A DNA stretch of 32,000 nt from Desulfosporosinus meridiei DSM 13257 (GCF_000231385.2 NC_018515.1:4829624-4861623); one strand, 5' to 3'; shown: positions 18,760 to 28,211, counted from the first letter of the stretch. Notes: generated by a model not told the origin, from the letters alone. Numbers and translations: made by a program.

Positions 18760-20136
18760 TCAGCCGGAATATTTCAGAAATGCCTGGTAGCCCCGGATCA
18801 TCATGACAAGGTCTGCTATAGAGGCTATTTCCCAAGGTGAATGCATACTCAGAATTCCGACACCGCAATCTAAGACCTCCATGCCGTATATAGCCATGTA
18901 TTGGGCTATCGTTCCTCCACCGCCTTGATCGACCTTTCCTAATTCTGCAGTTTGCCAACAAATCTTAGCATCATCAAAAATCCGCCGAACCTCCGCAACA
19001 AACTCTGCATTGGCGTCACTGGTATCATACTTCCCTTTAGAACCGGTATACTTGCTGATAACCAGACCTCGTCCTAAAAAGGCAGAATTTCGTTTATCCA
19101 TAACCTCAGCATAATTAGGATCATAGCCGCCTGTGACATCTGCTGAGAGAGCTTTTGCTCGGGCTAAGGATCGTCTAACCAGTAATCCATCATATTTACC
19201 GCTTTGCAAGGTAATCAGTTCGGCAATGAAGTTCTCCAAATAACGAGCCTTCATTCCTGTGTTAGAGTCACTGCCAATCTCTTCTTTATCCGCAAATAGA
19301 ACCAGTGTGGTCCACTCCGGCTGTTGAATTTCTGCAACTGCTTTCCAAGCTGCAAAGGAGCAAATACGATCATCCTGACCATAACCGATTACTAAGCTTT
19401 TATCCAATCCTGAATAGCGGGCTTTACCGGCTGGAACAACCTCTAGCTCTGCGCTGACAAAGTCATCCTCTTCAATACCATATTTATCTCTGAGGATAAC
19501 TAAGATTGCAGATTTTACCCGTTCTTCCCCTTCCCCCAAGGAAGGATTGTGCCCTAACAGAAGATTTAGGCCTTCTCCAGATACTGCTTCACTCAGCTTT
19601 TTGTTATATTGATCCTTTGCTAAATGCGGGAGTAAATCCGAAATTGTAAAAACAGGGTCTGCTTCATCCTCTCCAATAATTATTTCAACCTTCTGCCCGT
19701 TGCGCAAGAAGACGACTCCATGAAGAGATAGAGGCAGTGCCATCCATTGGTACTTTTTTATTCCCCCATAATAATGAGTTTTTAGGAAAGCCAACCCTTC
19801 CTCTTCATACAAAGGGCGCTGCTTAATATCTAATCGCGGAGCATCAATATGGGTTGCGATTAGTCGAAAACCCTCGCTCAAAGGTCTCTGCCCTGAAATT
19901 GCTAAGATACCTGCTTTTCCTCGAACTGCCAAACGAACTCTTTGGCCAGGTTGAAAGCCTTCAAGCTTATCTAGAGGTACAAAACCTTCCCGTTGAGCCC
20001 AACTCTCAATAATCTGCCAAGATTCTCGCTCGGTTTTTCCTTTACTCAAGAAGGAAAGGTATTCCGTCATAGCCTCTCGTTCTTGATCTGATATCATTAG
20101 ATCATCCCAGGCTAGTTTGACTTTTTTAGATCCCAT
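18760..20136 (-). CDS. M18 family aminopeptidase
   Basis: 458 aa; ATHIDAPRLDIKQRPL, LFADKEEIGSDSNTGMKARYLENF, conserved C-terminal MHSPWEIASIADL. Confidence 0.93.
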   Translation of the reverse strand: MGSKKVKLAWDDLMISDQEREAMTEYLSFLSKGKTERESWQIIESWAQREGFVPLDKLEGFQPGQRVRLAVRGKAGILAISGQRPLSEGFRLIATHIDAPRLDIKQRPLYEEEGLAFLKTHYYGGIKKYQWMALPLSLHGVVFLRNGQKVEIIIGEDEADPVFTISDLLPHLAKDQYNKKLSEAVSGEGLNLLLGHNPSLGEGEERVKSAILVILRDKYGIEEDDFVSAELEVVPAGKARYSGLDKSLVIGYGQDDRICSFAAWKAVAEIQQPEWTTLVLFADKEEIGSDSNTGMKARYLENFIAELITLQSGKYDGLLVRRSLARAKALSADVTGGYDPNYAEVMDKRNSAFLGRGLVISKYTGSKGKYDTSDANAEFVAEVRRIFDDAKICWQTAELGKVDQGGGGTIAQYMAIYGMEVLDCGVGILSMHSPWEIASIADLVMMIRGYQAFLKYSG

Positions 20137-20268
20137 TCAATCACCCCTAAAACTTAATTAACTTGATTTTACAATGTCAGTTTCTTTAAGTTTTCTTCAT
20201 TTTCCCCTCGTTTATCCGACAGATATGTCAAACTTAACTAGATTCTCTTAAATAAGCCGACTACCATC

Positions 20269-21006
20269 TCAGAACCATACTCCCTTACCCATTGAAAGTG
20301 GCTCAAGCAACTTTTCTTTAAGTTGAGCAGAAAACATCTGATCTAAGAGGTTAAATGTTTGGATCAAATGGGGATATAGGTATGAATTTAGCACAAGCTC
20401 CATAAAACCATCATTTGAGCCGATATTTAGAAACGGCGACAATAATCCAGCTAATACTGACAGACCAATAAGTGCCCCTAGCCCGCCAAACAATAGCCCT
20501 CCTCCGCGATTAAATGACCCACTCCAGCTTCCAAGTGGGCGCAGAAGAATAGCTACCAGTATCTGAATACCTAACACCACAAAATAAAATACAAAGCCAA
20601 AAGCAAATAAGCTTAATATACTCTCGGTAATTGTCCCTGCCAAACTATGGGTTACTTGTTCAAGAGTTTGAGGCATTTGGGTACTGGCTATATCTGAAAA
20701 AGGGAAAAAACCACGCCATTGTTCAGGAATTATACCTAGGATATTCACTAGTACTTGTTGCTGCAGAGTTTGCGCTTTTGACTCCACAGTAGGAAGTAGT
20801 ACACGGTAAATCATTGGCTCTATCCATTGTCTAAGTGGAAAATACTGTTCTGCGAGACTCAAGACAGCCATGTATTTCCACGATGCTACCAAGAACCCTA
20901 CCAGCCATATAAAAAAATTAACAATACTTGTTATCAAACCTTTTTGGTAGCCATGTAGTGCTCCAAATAAGATAAAACCTATAATAAGTACATCGACTAG
21001 ATTCAC
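20269..21006 (-). CDS. CvpA family membrane protein
   Basis: 245 aa; N-terminal VDVLIIGFILFGALHGYQKGLITSIVNFFIWLVGFLVA, characteristic of CvpA/YshB. Confidence 0.85.
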   Translation of the reverse strand: MNLVDVLIIGFILFGALHGYQKGLITSIVNFFIWLVGFLVASWKYMAVLSLAEQYFPLRQWIEPMIYRVLLPTVESKAQTLQQQVLVNILGIIPEQWRGFFPFSDIASTQMPQTLEQVTHSLAGTITESILSLFAFGFVFYFVVLGIQILVAILLRPLGSWSGSFNRGGGLLFGGLGALIGLSVLAGLLSPFLNIGSNDGFMELVLNSYLYPHLIQTFNLLDQMFSAQLKEKLLEPLSMGKGVWF

Positions 21007-21146
21007 ATAGTCCCTCCCTAATTGACCCTCGTCAGATTTCTACAAGCGTATAAATAAAGCTTATTCGGGTTGAATCCATAAAATCCTGCTGTATTATTAT
21101 TCTTCTACTCTTCACTTTAGCTAACCCACAGAACCGATATATCAAA

Positions 21147-21165
21147 AGGCAGCTTCACGCTGCCT
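21147..21165 (-). terminator. Probable terminator downstream of tRNA-Sec
   Basis: AGGCAGC-ttcac-GCTGCCT perfect 7-bp stem; minus-strand tail TTTTGAT. Confidence 0.65.
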
Positions 21166-21269
21166 ATTAAAACCAATTCCAACTACTCCGGATTTATTTT
21201 TGAAAAAAAGGTACCTAATCGCTCTAAGATATCTCAAACCTATATCCCAGGATTTCATAGTTCAAATTT

Positions 21270-21367
21270 TGGCGGGGATGTGTGCGAATCGAACACACCT
21301 CGGAACGTTCTGCGTCCCGACACGCGGATTTGAAGTCCGGGAGCAACACCAGTCACCATCCATCCCC
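21270..21367 (-). tRNA. selC: tRNA-Sec (TCA)
   Basis: Reverse complement GGGGATGGATGGTGACTGGTGTTGCTCCCGGACTTCAAATCCGCGTGTCGGGACGCAGAACGTTCCGAGGTGTGTTCGATTCGCACACATCCCCGCCA; 98 nt, anticodon loop CTTCAAA, 6-bp D stem with 4-nt loop, 6-bp extra arm, G discriminator, encoded CCA. selB lies in the same window. Confidence 0.96.
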
Positions 21368-21521
21368 TTACTAACGACAATCATATTATCACATTAATTA
21401 TCATTTGGAAAGTAAATCAGTCAAAGTCCCAAACTTGATGGTTAGAACTTATTGCATTTGTACAAAATAATTCTAATAAAGAAACCCTTAGCACATATGA
21501 GTATAAAGGAGGATTAAGCAA

Positions 21522-21665
21522 ATGAACCCTTCAGAAAATTCTATTTCTAACTTAACAAAGGAACAAATCGACGATCTCAAAGCATTGGAGCATAAGTTTA
21601 GCTCAATTACTGGTCAAGAAACTATCTTAATAGCCTATAAAACACAAACTAATGAAAGTCATTAA
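21522..21665 (+). CDS. Small hypothetical protein, 47 aa (MNPSENSISNLTKEQIDDLKALEHKFSSITGQETILIAYKTQTNESH)
   Basis: ATG preceded by strong Shine-Dalgarno AAAGGAGG; open frame to TAA; absent from the provided ORF track, which seems to have a ~60-aa cutoff. Confidence 0.65.
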   Translation: MNPSENSISNLTKEQIDDLKALEHKFSSITGQETILIAYKTQTNESH

Positions 21666-22189
21666 ACAGCTCCTTTGTTATAATGAAAGCAACTCCCTTC
21701 CAAATAGTTCTCGACAATTTCAGTAATTTGCTCTTCTCGCATGGTAAGGTGCATCAACTGATATGAAGCTTGCATTAGGCTCTTTACACACTCAAGAGTT
21801 AGGTCTGTAATATGTGTACATCCTTCTTTTAGGCCAACAGCAGCTTGTACTTGTCTCCGAACATTTTTATTCAGATTTATTCCTACCAGCTTTGGAATTC
21901 GTTTTTGAGTTTCAGCACAATCCGTATGGGGGGCTCGACGGAATTCTCCCATTGCTGTTGTTATTGTACGAGTCTTTATCTCAATTTCCAAAGTCAAGCA
22001 TAACTCATGATGAGTGTCAATAAAAGTACCATCCACAGTCAGAGTATCTTTGTCCTTTGAACGAACACTAATGGAAATTGAACGGTTAAATAGGTGCAAT
22101 TCTTCCATCTCCTCATTTTTTTGGTAGTTTCTATCTACATTATATCTCTTTTCTTTAAGAAGAAAAGCACTGGGTGAATACCTCTTCAT
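21662..22189 (-). CDS. DUF2889 family protein (annotated start probably too far upstream)
   Basis: 175-aa ORF; LHLFNRSISISVRSKDKDTLTVDGTFIDTHHELCLTLEIEIKTRTITTAMGEFRRAPHTDCAETQKRIPKLVGINLNKNVRRQVQAAVGLKEGCTHITDLTLECVKS resembles DUF2889. The first ~25 codons overlap a terminator-like hairpin. Confidence 0.8.
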   Translation of the reverse strand: MKRYSPSAFLLKEKRYNVDRNYQKNEEMEELHLFNRSISISVRSKDKDTLTVDGTFIDTHHELCLTLEIEIKTRTITTAMGEFRRAPHTDCAETQKRIPKLVGINLNKNVRRQVQAAVGLKEGCTHITDLTLECVKSLMQASYQLMHLTMREEQITEIVENYLEGSCFHYNKGAV

Positions 22190-22202
22190 CCAGTGCTTCC
22201 TT
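22160..22202. terminator. Probable intrinsic terminator downstream of the CBS-ACT gene
   Basis: AAGCACTGGGTGAA...TTCATCCAGTGCTT inverted repeat flanked by an A-rich tract (minus-strand T-rich) and CCTTTTT on the plus strand. Confidence 0.75.
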
Positions 22203-22239
22203 TTTGAAATGAAACTAATATAGGTCTTTTTAAAGGATA

Positions 22240-22866
22240 TTATTTTTTAATTTGATAACCTTTTGCATCCAATGATTTTTCAACTTCGTCAACCTGATCC
22301 CCCTGAAGACGAGCAAGAATCTGAACCTTATTGTCTTTGAGATGATATACAGCTAAACTTCCAATATTGACCTCATGTTCCTTAGTCACAAGGGCTAAAT
22401 CCGACATAACCCCAATTTGGTCCTTAGTTTCAATCATTACGCGCTGTCCCGGACTACGAAATCCCATAATATCTAAAAAGGCATCTAATATATCCGAACC
22501 AGTTATTATCCCCACAACTTTACCTTCTTCAATGACAGGCAATCCACCAATCTTATGGTCTCTCATCATTAAAGCGGCATCCTCAATTTGAGTGTCTGGA
22601 TGGCAAGTTATAACCTTCTTAATCGCAACTTCACGGATGGGCGTCTTGGCAATAAGGTAGTTAAGTTCAAAAATGCTCAACGTTGTTGCTGGAGAAGGAG
22701 AGACCTCACGGAGATCTCCATCTGTGACAAAACCTACAAGTTTACCCTTTTCTACAACCGGCAATTTACTAATCTTTTTTTCTCTCATAAGAGCCATTGT
22801 ATCCGCAATAGATTTATCCGGGCCTACCGTAAAAACTTGAGCTGTCATAAATTGGCGAACATACAT
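22240..22866 (-). CDS. CBS-CBS-ACT domain protein (AcuB-like)
   Basis: 208 aa; two CBS motifs (MREKKISKLPVVEKGKLVGFVTDGDLR; MRDHKIGGLPVIEEGKVVGIITGSDIL) and C-terminal ACT-like region from about residue 145. Confidence 0.9.
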   Translation of the reverse strand: MYVRQFMTAQVFTVGPDKSIADTMALMREKKISKLPVVEKGKLVGFVTDGDLREVSPSPATTLSIFELNYLIAKTPIREVAIKKVITCHPDTQIEDAALMMRDHKIGGLPVIEEGKVVGIITGSDILDAFLDIMGFRSPGQRVMIETKDQIGVMSDLALVTKEHEVNIGSLAVYHLKDNKVQILARLQGDQVDEVEKSLDAKGYQIKK

Positions 22867-23088
22867 TTCTAATTACCTCCTTCTACTATTAAGCATAGCC
22901 AGCAAAAACCAAGTTACACTTTGGTACCAAGCTAATGCAACTGGCAGCACTTAGTAACCATTACGTCACGACCAAAATAGACCATGATCCCTAATCCGTC
23001 CATGCCTGCTTATTGTTACAATGTACCCTGAGACGAAGCTGGAGAGAAGGGAAAATCCGAGAAGTCTACTATCAGCCTATGATTTATA

Positions 23089-23793
23089 TTAGCCTCCTAA
23101 GTAGGCCTTACGGACTTCTTCACTGGCGGCAAGTTCTTTAGCATCCCCGGAAAGAACTATCTTGCCAGTCTCTAATACATACGCTCTATTAGCAATAGAA
23201 AGAGCCATATGGGCATTTTGCTCAACAAGTAAGATTGTTGTACCGCTTGAATTAATCTCTTTAATTATTGAAAAGATTTGTTTTACTAAGATTGGTGCCA
23301 AACCCATTGAAGGCTCATCTAGCAGCAAGAGTTGAGGTTTAGACATCAGCGCTCTGCCCATTGCCAGCATTTGTTGTTCTCCGCCTGATAAAGTACCTGA
23401 AAGCTGACTTTTTCTTTCCAGTAAGCGTGGAAATAATTCGTAAACTTTCTTCATGTCTTCTTTAACGCCCGCTTTATCTTTACGTAAGTAAGCTCCCAAT
23501 TCTAAGTTTTCAATGACAGTCATATTGGCAAATACACGTCTACCTTCTGGTACCTGAGATATTCCCTGAGAAACGATACTTTGAGGAGCAATACTAGCAA
23601 GGTCTGACCCTTTAAAAGAAACCTTACCTGTCTTTGGCCGCAGTAAGCCGGAGATTGTTTTGAGACAAGTGCTTTTGCCCGCACCATTTGAACCGATAAG
23701 TGTCACAATTTCCCCTTGATTAACTTCGAGGGAGATACCTTTAAGGGCGTGAATTGCACCATAGAATACATTTACATCTTCAAGGACAAGCAT
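23089..23793 (-). CDS. livF: Branched-chain amino acid ABC transporter ATP-binding protein
   Basis: 234 aa; GSNGAGKSTCLKTISG, LSGGEQQMLAMGRALMSKPQLLLLDEPSMGLAP. Confidence 0.96.
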   Translation of the reverse strand: MLVLEDVNVFYGAIHALKGISLEVNQGEIVTLIGSNGAGKSTCLKTISGLLRPKTGKVSFKGSDLASIAPQSIVSQGISQVPEGRRVFANMTVIENLELGAYLRKDKAGVKEDMKKVYELFPRLLERKSQLSGTLSGGEQQMLAMGRALMSKPQLLLLDEPSMGLAPILVKQIFSIIKEINSSGTTILLVEQNAHMALSIANRAYVLETGKIVLSGDAKELAASEEVRKAYLGG

Positions 23794-24569
23794 CAGACAA
23801 CCTCCTCCCCTAAATAAGCCTCGATGACTTTGGGATTACTCTTGATTTCATCTGGTGTGCCTTGCGCAATAATCATTCCATAATCTAAAACATAGATTCG
23901 TTCGCATACGCCCATTACTAGGGACATATCGTGTTCAATTAACAAAATAGCTAGATTGAATTGTTGACGAATCCAGCGAATGAGATTCATAAGGTCGTGT
24001 GTCTCTTGAGGATTCATCCCCGCTGCAGGCTCATCAAGCAATAAAAGCTTAGGCTCTGTACCTAAAGCACGAGCAATTTCTAAACGGCGTTGTTCACCAT
24101 AAGGCAAGTTTTTGGCAACTTCTTCAGCCTTATCCTCCAGATTAAAGATCTTGAGAAGTTCCATGGCTTTACGGTGCATTTCTTTTTCTCCAGCATAATA
24201 GCTTGGCAAACGTAAGAAAGCACTAAGCGTACTATAAGAACTTCTTTGATGATATGCTATCTTAACATTTTCAATAACACTCAGATCACTAAAAAGACGG
24301 ATATTCTGGAACGTCCTAGCCATTCCACTTTGAGTAACCTGATAGGGTTTAAGCCCTCTCATATCTTTACTCTGAAATTTAACGCTGCCCTCCGTAGGCT
24401 CATAAACTCCCGTCAGTAAATTGAAAACTGTGGTTTTCCCTGCACCGTTTGGACCGATTAAACCGATCAATTCTCCGTCGTTGATCTCAATATTAAGGTT
24501 TGATACGGCTTTTAGACCCCCAAAAGATTTGGAGAGTTTGTCAATCTTTAGAAGAGGCATTCTTATCAC
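23793..24569 (-). CDS. livG: Branched-chain amino acid ABC transporter ATP-binding protein
   Basis: 258 aa; GPNGAGKTTVFNLLTGVYEPT, GEQRRLEIARALGTEPKLLLLDEPAAGMNPQE. Confidence 0.96.
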   Translation of the reverse strand: MIRMPLLKIDKLSKSFGGLKAVSNLNIEINDGELIGLIGPNGAGKTTVFNLLTGVYEPTEGSVKFQSKDMRGLKPYQVTQSGMARTFQNIRLFSDLSVIENVKIAYHQRSSYSTLSAFLRLPSYYAGEKEMHRKAMELLKIFNLEDKAEEVAKNLPYGEQRRLEIARALGTEPKLLLLDEPAAGMNPQETHDLMNLIRWIRQQFNLAILLIEHDMSLVMGVCERIYVLDYGMIIAQGTPDEIKSNPKVIEAYLGEEVV

Positions 24570-25494
24570 CCTTCTTTCCGAGGAAACTTAAGCTAAATTC
24601 TTTAGTCCCTAGTAGTCCCTTCGGTCTAAAAATCATCATTACGATTAAAAGTATAGCTGTTATAACAAGTCTCCATTCTGGCCAACCTGATAATGCAGCA
24701 GAAACCACCGTCATTACCACGGCACCAAGAACGCTACCCGTTAAACTGCCTAAGCCACCGAGTACAACCATAACCAGAATATCAAATGACTTTAAAAAGC
24801 TAAAGGTTAGAGGTTGAATAATATATAGGTAATTAGCATAAATTCCGCCTGCCAATCCTGCAAAGAATGCACCAATTGTAAAGGCCATAATTTTATATTT
24901 TGTTGTATTAATACCCATTACATCGGCTGCAATTTCATTTTCTCGAATTGAAATACATGCTCGACCATGGGTAGACTTAATAAAATTTCTAATAATTATA
25001 ATACTTAGGACCGTTAGCCAAAATGCCCATGTCCAAGTAATTGTTTTCGGCACTGAAAATCCTGAAGCCCCTCCAACATATGGTGTGTTTAAAAAGACAA
25101 TTCTTACTATTTCTCCAAAACCTAAGGTTGCAATTGCCAAATAGTCTCCCTTTAGTCTTAAAGTAGGCAGACCAATTAAAAAACCGGCTACGGCAGCTGC
25201 CACTGCCCCAGCAATCAAGGCCAATAAAAGAGGTCCATGCAGTTTAACTACGACAATGGCTGCCATGTAAGCACCGATCGCCATAAAACCTGCGTGTCCA
25301 ATTGAAAACTGGCCTGTGATCCCATTGATTAAGTTTAAGCTTGTTGCAAGAATTATATAGATACAAACCTGAATCAAAGTGAGGGCAACAAAAGGAGGTA
25401 AGATATCCATGAAAATACTTCCCTGAACGATGGCATAGACAAGTAGGACCCCCACTAAAGTTAGGACACTTTGACGATTAATCCGCTTACCCAT
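24541..25494 (-). CDS. livM: Branched-chain amino acid ABC transporter permease
   Basis: 317 aa multi-pass protein; NLINGITGQFSIGHAGFMAIGAYMAA, LTGSVLGAVVMTVV; in liv gene order. Confidence 0.95.
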   Translation of the reverse strand: MGKRINRQSVLTLVGVLLVYAIVQGSIFMDILPPFVALTLIQVCIYIILATSLNLINGITGQFSIGHAGFMAIGAYMAAIVVVKLHGPLLLALIAGAVAAAVAGFLIGLPTLRLKGDYLAIATLGFGEIVRIVFLNTPYVGGASGFSVPKTITWTWAFWLTVLSIIIIRNFIKSTHGRACISIRENEIAADVMGINTTKYKIMAFTIGAFFAGLAGGIYANYLYIIQPLTFSFLKSFDILVMVVLGGLGSLTGSVLGAVVMTVVSAALSGWPEWRLVITAILLIVMMIFRPKGLLGTKEFSLSFLGKKGDKNASSKD

Positions 25495-25502
25495 GATTCC
25501 AC

Positions 25503-26393
25503 CTACACTTTCTCACGGATGTTCTTACCAAAAAGCCCACTTGGCTTAACAATGAGAACAAGTATTAAAATTAAAAATGCTACTGCATCGCGCCATGTCG
25601 ACGCTCCTAAACCACTAACAAATGATTCTGTAAGCCCTAAGAAAAATCCTCCTACCATCGCACCGGGAATAATACCAATTCCCCCTAAAACTGCTGCAAC
25701 AAAGGCCTTAAGCCCCGGAATGATACCCATTAACGGATTAATTGTATTAAAGTATACTCCCATCAAAACCCCAGCAGCGGCAGCCAGAGCAGACCCAATT
25801 GCAAAAGTTGCCGAAATAGTGTTATTAACATTAATACCCATCAATAATGCTGCTTCTGTATCGAAAGATACTGCCCTCATGGCTTTTCCTATCTTTGTGT
25901 ACTTAACAATACCATGCAGCAGAACCATAAGGACAACAGAGGTGACAATCATAACAATATCACCATATTTAATGATGATGCCACCTACATTGAAAATTGT
26001 GTCGGGAAAAACAGGAGGATAAGTGCGCATCTGAGGAGATACAACTAACATGCCCCCATATTCCAGGAAAAAAGAAACCCCAATGGCTGTAATTAAAGAT
26101 GCAATTCGAGTAGCATTACGCAGCGGTTTATAAGCAATCCTTTCTATCAAAACACCTAAAATTGCACTAACAGTCATTGCAATTAGCAACGCCGGAATAA
26201 ACGACATATGCAATGTAGTTGTTGCAAACCAACCTGCATAGGCTCCGACCATCATTACATCACCATGAGCAAAGTTTATAAGCTTTATGATACCGTAAAC
26301 CATGGTATAACCGAGAGCAACTAAAGCATAAATACTTCCTAGAGAAAGTCCGTTTACTATCTGCTGCAATACTTGCTCAGTTACACTTCCCAT
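25503..26393 (-). CDS. livH: Branched-chain amino acid ABC transporter permease
   Basis: 296 aa; QQIVNGLSLGSIYALVALGYTMVYGIIKLINFAHGDVMM, FVAAVLGGIGIIPGAMVGGFFLGL. Confidence 0.96.
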   Translation of the reverse strand: MGSVTEQVLQQIVNGLSLGSIYALVALGYTMVYGIIKLINFAHGDVMMVGAYAGWFATTTLHMSFIPALLIAMTVSAILGVLIERIAYKPLRNATRIASLITAIGVSFFLEYGGMLVVSPQMRTYPPVFPDTIFNVGGIIIKYGDIVMIVTSVVLMVLLHGIVKYTKIGKAMRAVSFDTEAALLMGINVNNTISATFAIGSALAAAAGVLMGVYFNTINPLMGIIPGLKAFVAAVLGGIGIIPGAMVGGFFLGLTESFVSGLGASTWRDAVAFLILILVLIVKPSGLFGKNIREKV

Positions 26394-26540
26394 ATTCTCA
26401 ACTCCTTACTCCCGAATAGTTTTTTCGATCTATCAAATTCGAGACAGCCACTTCTTGTCAATATGTGTTTCGATTTGTAACCCCTGGACAAATGATAAAT
26501 ATTTTAATCCTTTACCATGGCACTTGCCACAGTCTACTAC

Positions 26541-26568
26541 AAAAAAGAGGGAGGGGTTGTCCTCCCTC
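26541..26568 (-). terminator. Intrinsic terminator downstream of the substrate-binding protein gene
   Basis: Minus strand GAGGGAGGacaacccCTCCCTC-type stem (cctccctc/gagggagg, 8 bp) followed by TTTTTT. Confidence 0.9.
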
Positions 26569-26604
26569 CTTAGCTTCTTGTGACAATTCTTCCAAGTTGA
26601 TAGA

Positions 26605-27768
26605 TTATTTTGGGTTAACTTTTGTCATGAATACGCTTTTGCCATCTTTAAATTGAAGGATTGCGGCACTCTTAACTGGGTTATGAGTTGCTGGGTCAAC
26701 ATTCAATTCTCCACTTATTCCTTGGAAACCTTTCATGTTTTCCAGAGCACTTCTTAATTTTTCGGGTTCTGTACTACCGGCGTTCTCAAGAGCTTTAATT
26801 AAAAGATTTGCTGTATCATATCCAAGGGCTGCGAATGTGTCAGGCTCTGAATTATATTTTCCTTGGAAATCTTTAATGAATTGAGCCATTCCTGGATCAT
26901 CCATAGCTCCATGATTGACGTAGTAAGTATTCTCTAATGCTGCAGCGCCTGCTACATCAACTAATTGAGGAGAACCCCAGCCGTCTCCGCCTACGAATAC
27001 TTGCTTCATTCCCATTTCACGTGCCTGCTTAACGATTAAGCCTACTTCTTGATAATATCCAGGAACAAAGACTACATCAGGATTAGCAGCTTTAATTCGT
27101 ACTAAGGTTGCTCGGAAGTCTAAATCACTGCCTGCTACATATTGTTCTGTTGCGACAATTTCTCCGCCTGATTTTTTAAAGTTTTCTTCAAACGAAGTTG
27201 CGAGACCTTTAGAATAATCTCCCTTTTGATCTATGAAAAGTGCAGCTTTCTTAGCTTTAAGGGTATCTGAGGCAAAGTTAGCAGCTACCTGACCTTGGAA
27301 GGGGTCAATGAAGCAAGCTCTAAAGATCCAAGGCTTTACCTTACCGTTTTCAAAGGTAACACTATCTGATGTGCCTGTAGGCGTAATTAGAGGCACTTTA
27401 TTATCGGTGACTACTTGGACAGCAGCTAAAGTATTTCCACTTGTCATAGGTCCAAGTATTGCAGAAACTTTGTCTTGAGTTGCCAGCTTAGTTGAAGCTA
27501 CAGTCGATTCTCCGGGGTCGGACTTATTATCTGAAGATACGTATTCAAGCTTCTTGCCTAATACTCCGCCTTTTGCATTTTGTTGCTCAAATGCTAGCTT
27601 AATAGCTTTCTCCGCATATTGTCCGAATGCGGCTGCTCCACCACTTAACTCAAGGTTACCGCCAACTTTTATAACCTCAGCGGACTTTTGCCCCCCAGCA
27701 GCTCCACAACCGGTTACCAAAGAAAGACTTAATAAGGCTACAGTTGCTATTGAAAATAGTTTTCTCAT
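26605..27768 (-). CDS. livK: Branched-chain amino acid ABC transporter substrate-binding lipoprotein
   Basis: 387 aa; lipoprotein signal LLSLSLVTGCGAAG; IKVGGNLELSGGAAAFGQYAEKAIKLAFEQQN periplasmic-binding fold. Confidence 0.94.
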   Translation of the reverse strand: MRKLFSIATVALLSLSLVTGCGAAGGQKSAEVIKVGGNLELSGGAAAFGQYAEKAIKLAFEQQNAKGGVLGKKLEYVSSDNKSDPGESTVASTKLATQDKVSAILGPMTSGNTLAAVQVVTDNKVPLITPTGTSDSVTFENGKVKPWIFRACFIDPFQGQVAANFASDTLKAKKAALFIDQKGDYSKGLATSFEENFKKSGGEIVATEQYVAGSDLDFRATLVRIKAANPDVVFVPGYYQEVGLIVKQAREMGMKQVFVGGDGWGSPQLVDVAGAAALENTYYVNHGAMDDPGMAQFIKDFQGKYNSEPDTFAALGYDTANLLIKALENAGSTEPEKLRSALENMKGFQGISGELNVDPATHNPVKSAAILQFKDGKSVFMTKVNPK

Positions 27769-28211
27769 CTTTCTACCCCTCTCTAATATTGACCCTTTTT
27801 ACTTCTGTTTATGGTACATAACTGTGATTCCTATAGTGATTTTTTAGGATTATTCTGCTTAATTCACCTCCAATTATAACCCTCAAGCACCTCTGGATAT
27901 AGTACAAGGTCTAAGTCATCCAATCAAAAACTTATATGATTGGGTTTAATATCAGGCTGTTAGATAACAACCCTCTAGTTCTATATTCTATATATTATAA
28001 AACAATTTGACAAGCTATTAGAGTACAATGAGTCACGAATTTTATAAACAATTTGATGGTAAATGATAGCAAACCATCTCATTCTGGATTATTTCTATAG
28101 TTTTATAAAAAACATTCGACTAAATTGTATAACTCTGATAATAATGGAATATTTTTCTATTCATTCTTTTAGGAATTCATTTATCTTTCTAATCTTAAAG
28201 TTATAAAGCAA

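Noticed and set aside
18752-18961. 69-aa minus-strand ORF at the end of the M18 aminopeptidase gene
   Set aside because: Out-of-frame overlap with the conserved aminopeptidase C-terminus.
24500-24817. 105-aa plus-strand ORF across livG/livM
   Set aside because: Antisense shadow ORF over conserved transporter genes.
25471-26022. 183-aa plus-strand ORF over livH/livM
   Set aside because: Low-complexity antisense translation of conserved permease coding sequence; no Shine-Dalgarno or domain recognised.
26465-26656. 63-aa plus-strand ORF spanning the livK terminator
   Set aside because: Runs through a clear intrinsic terminator and into antisense livK; not credible as coding.
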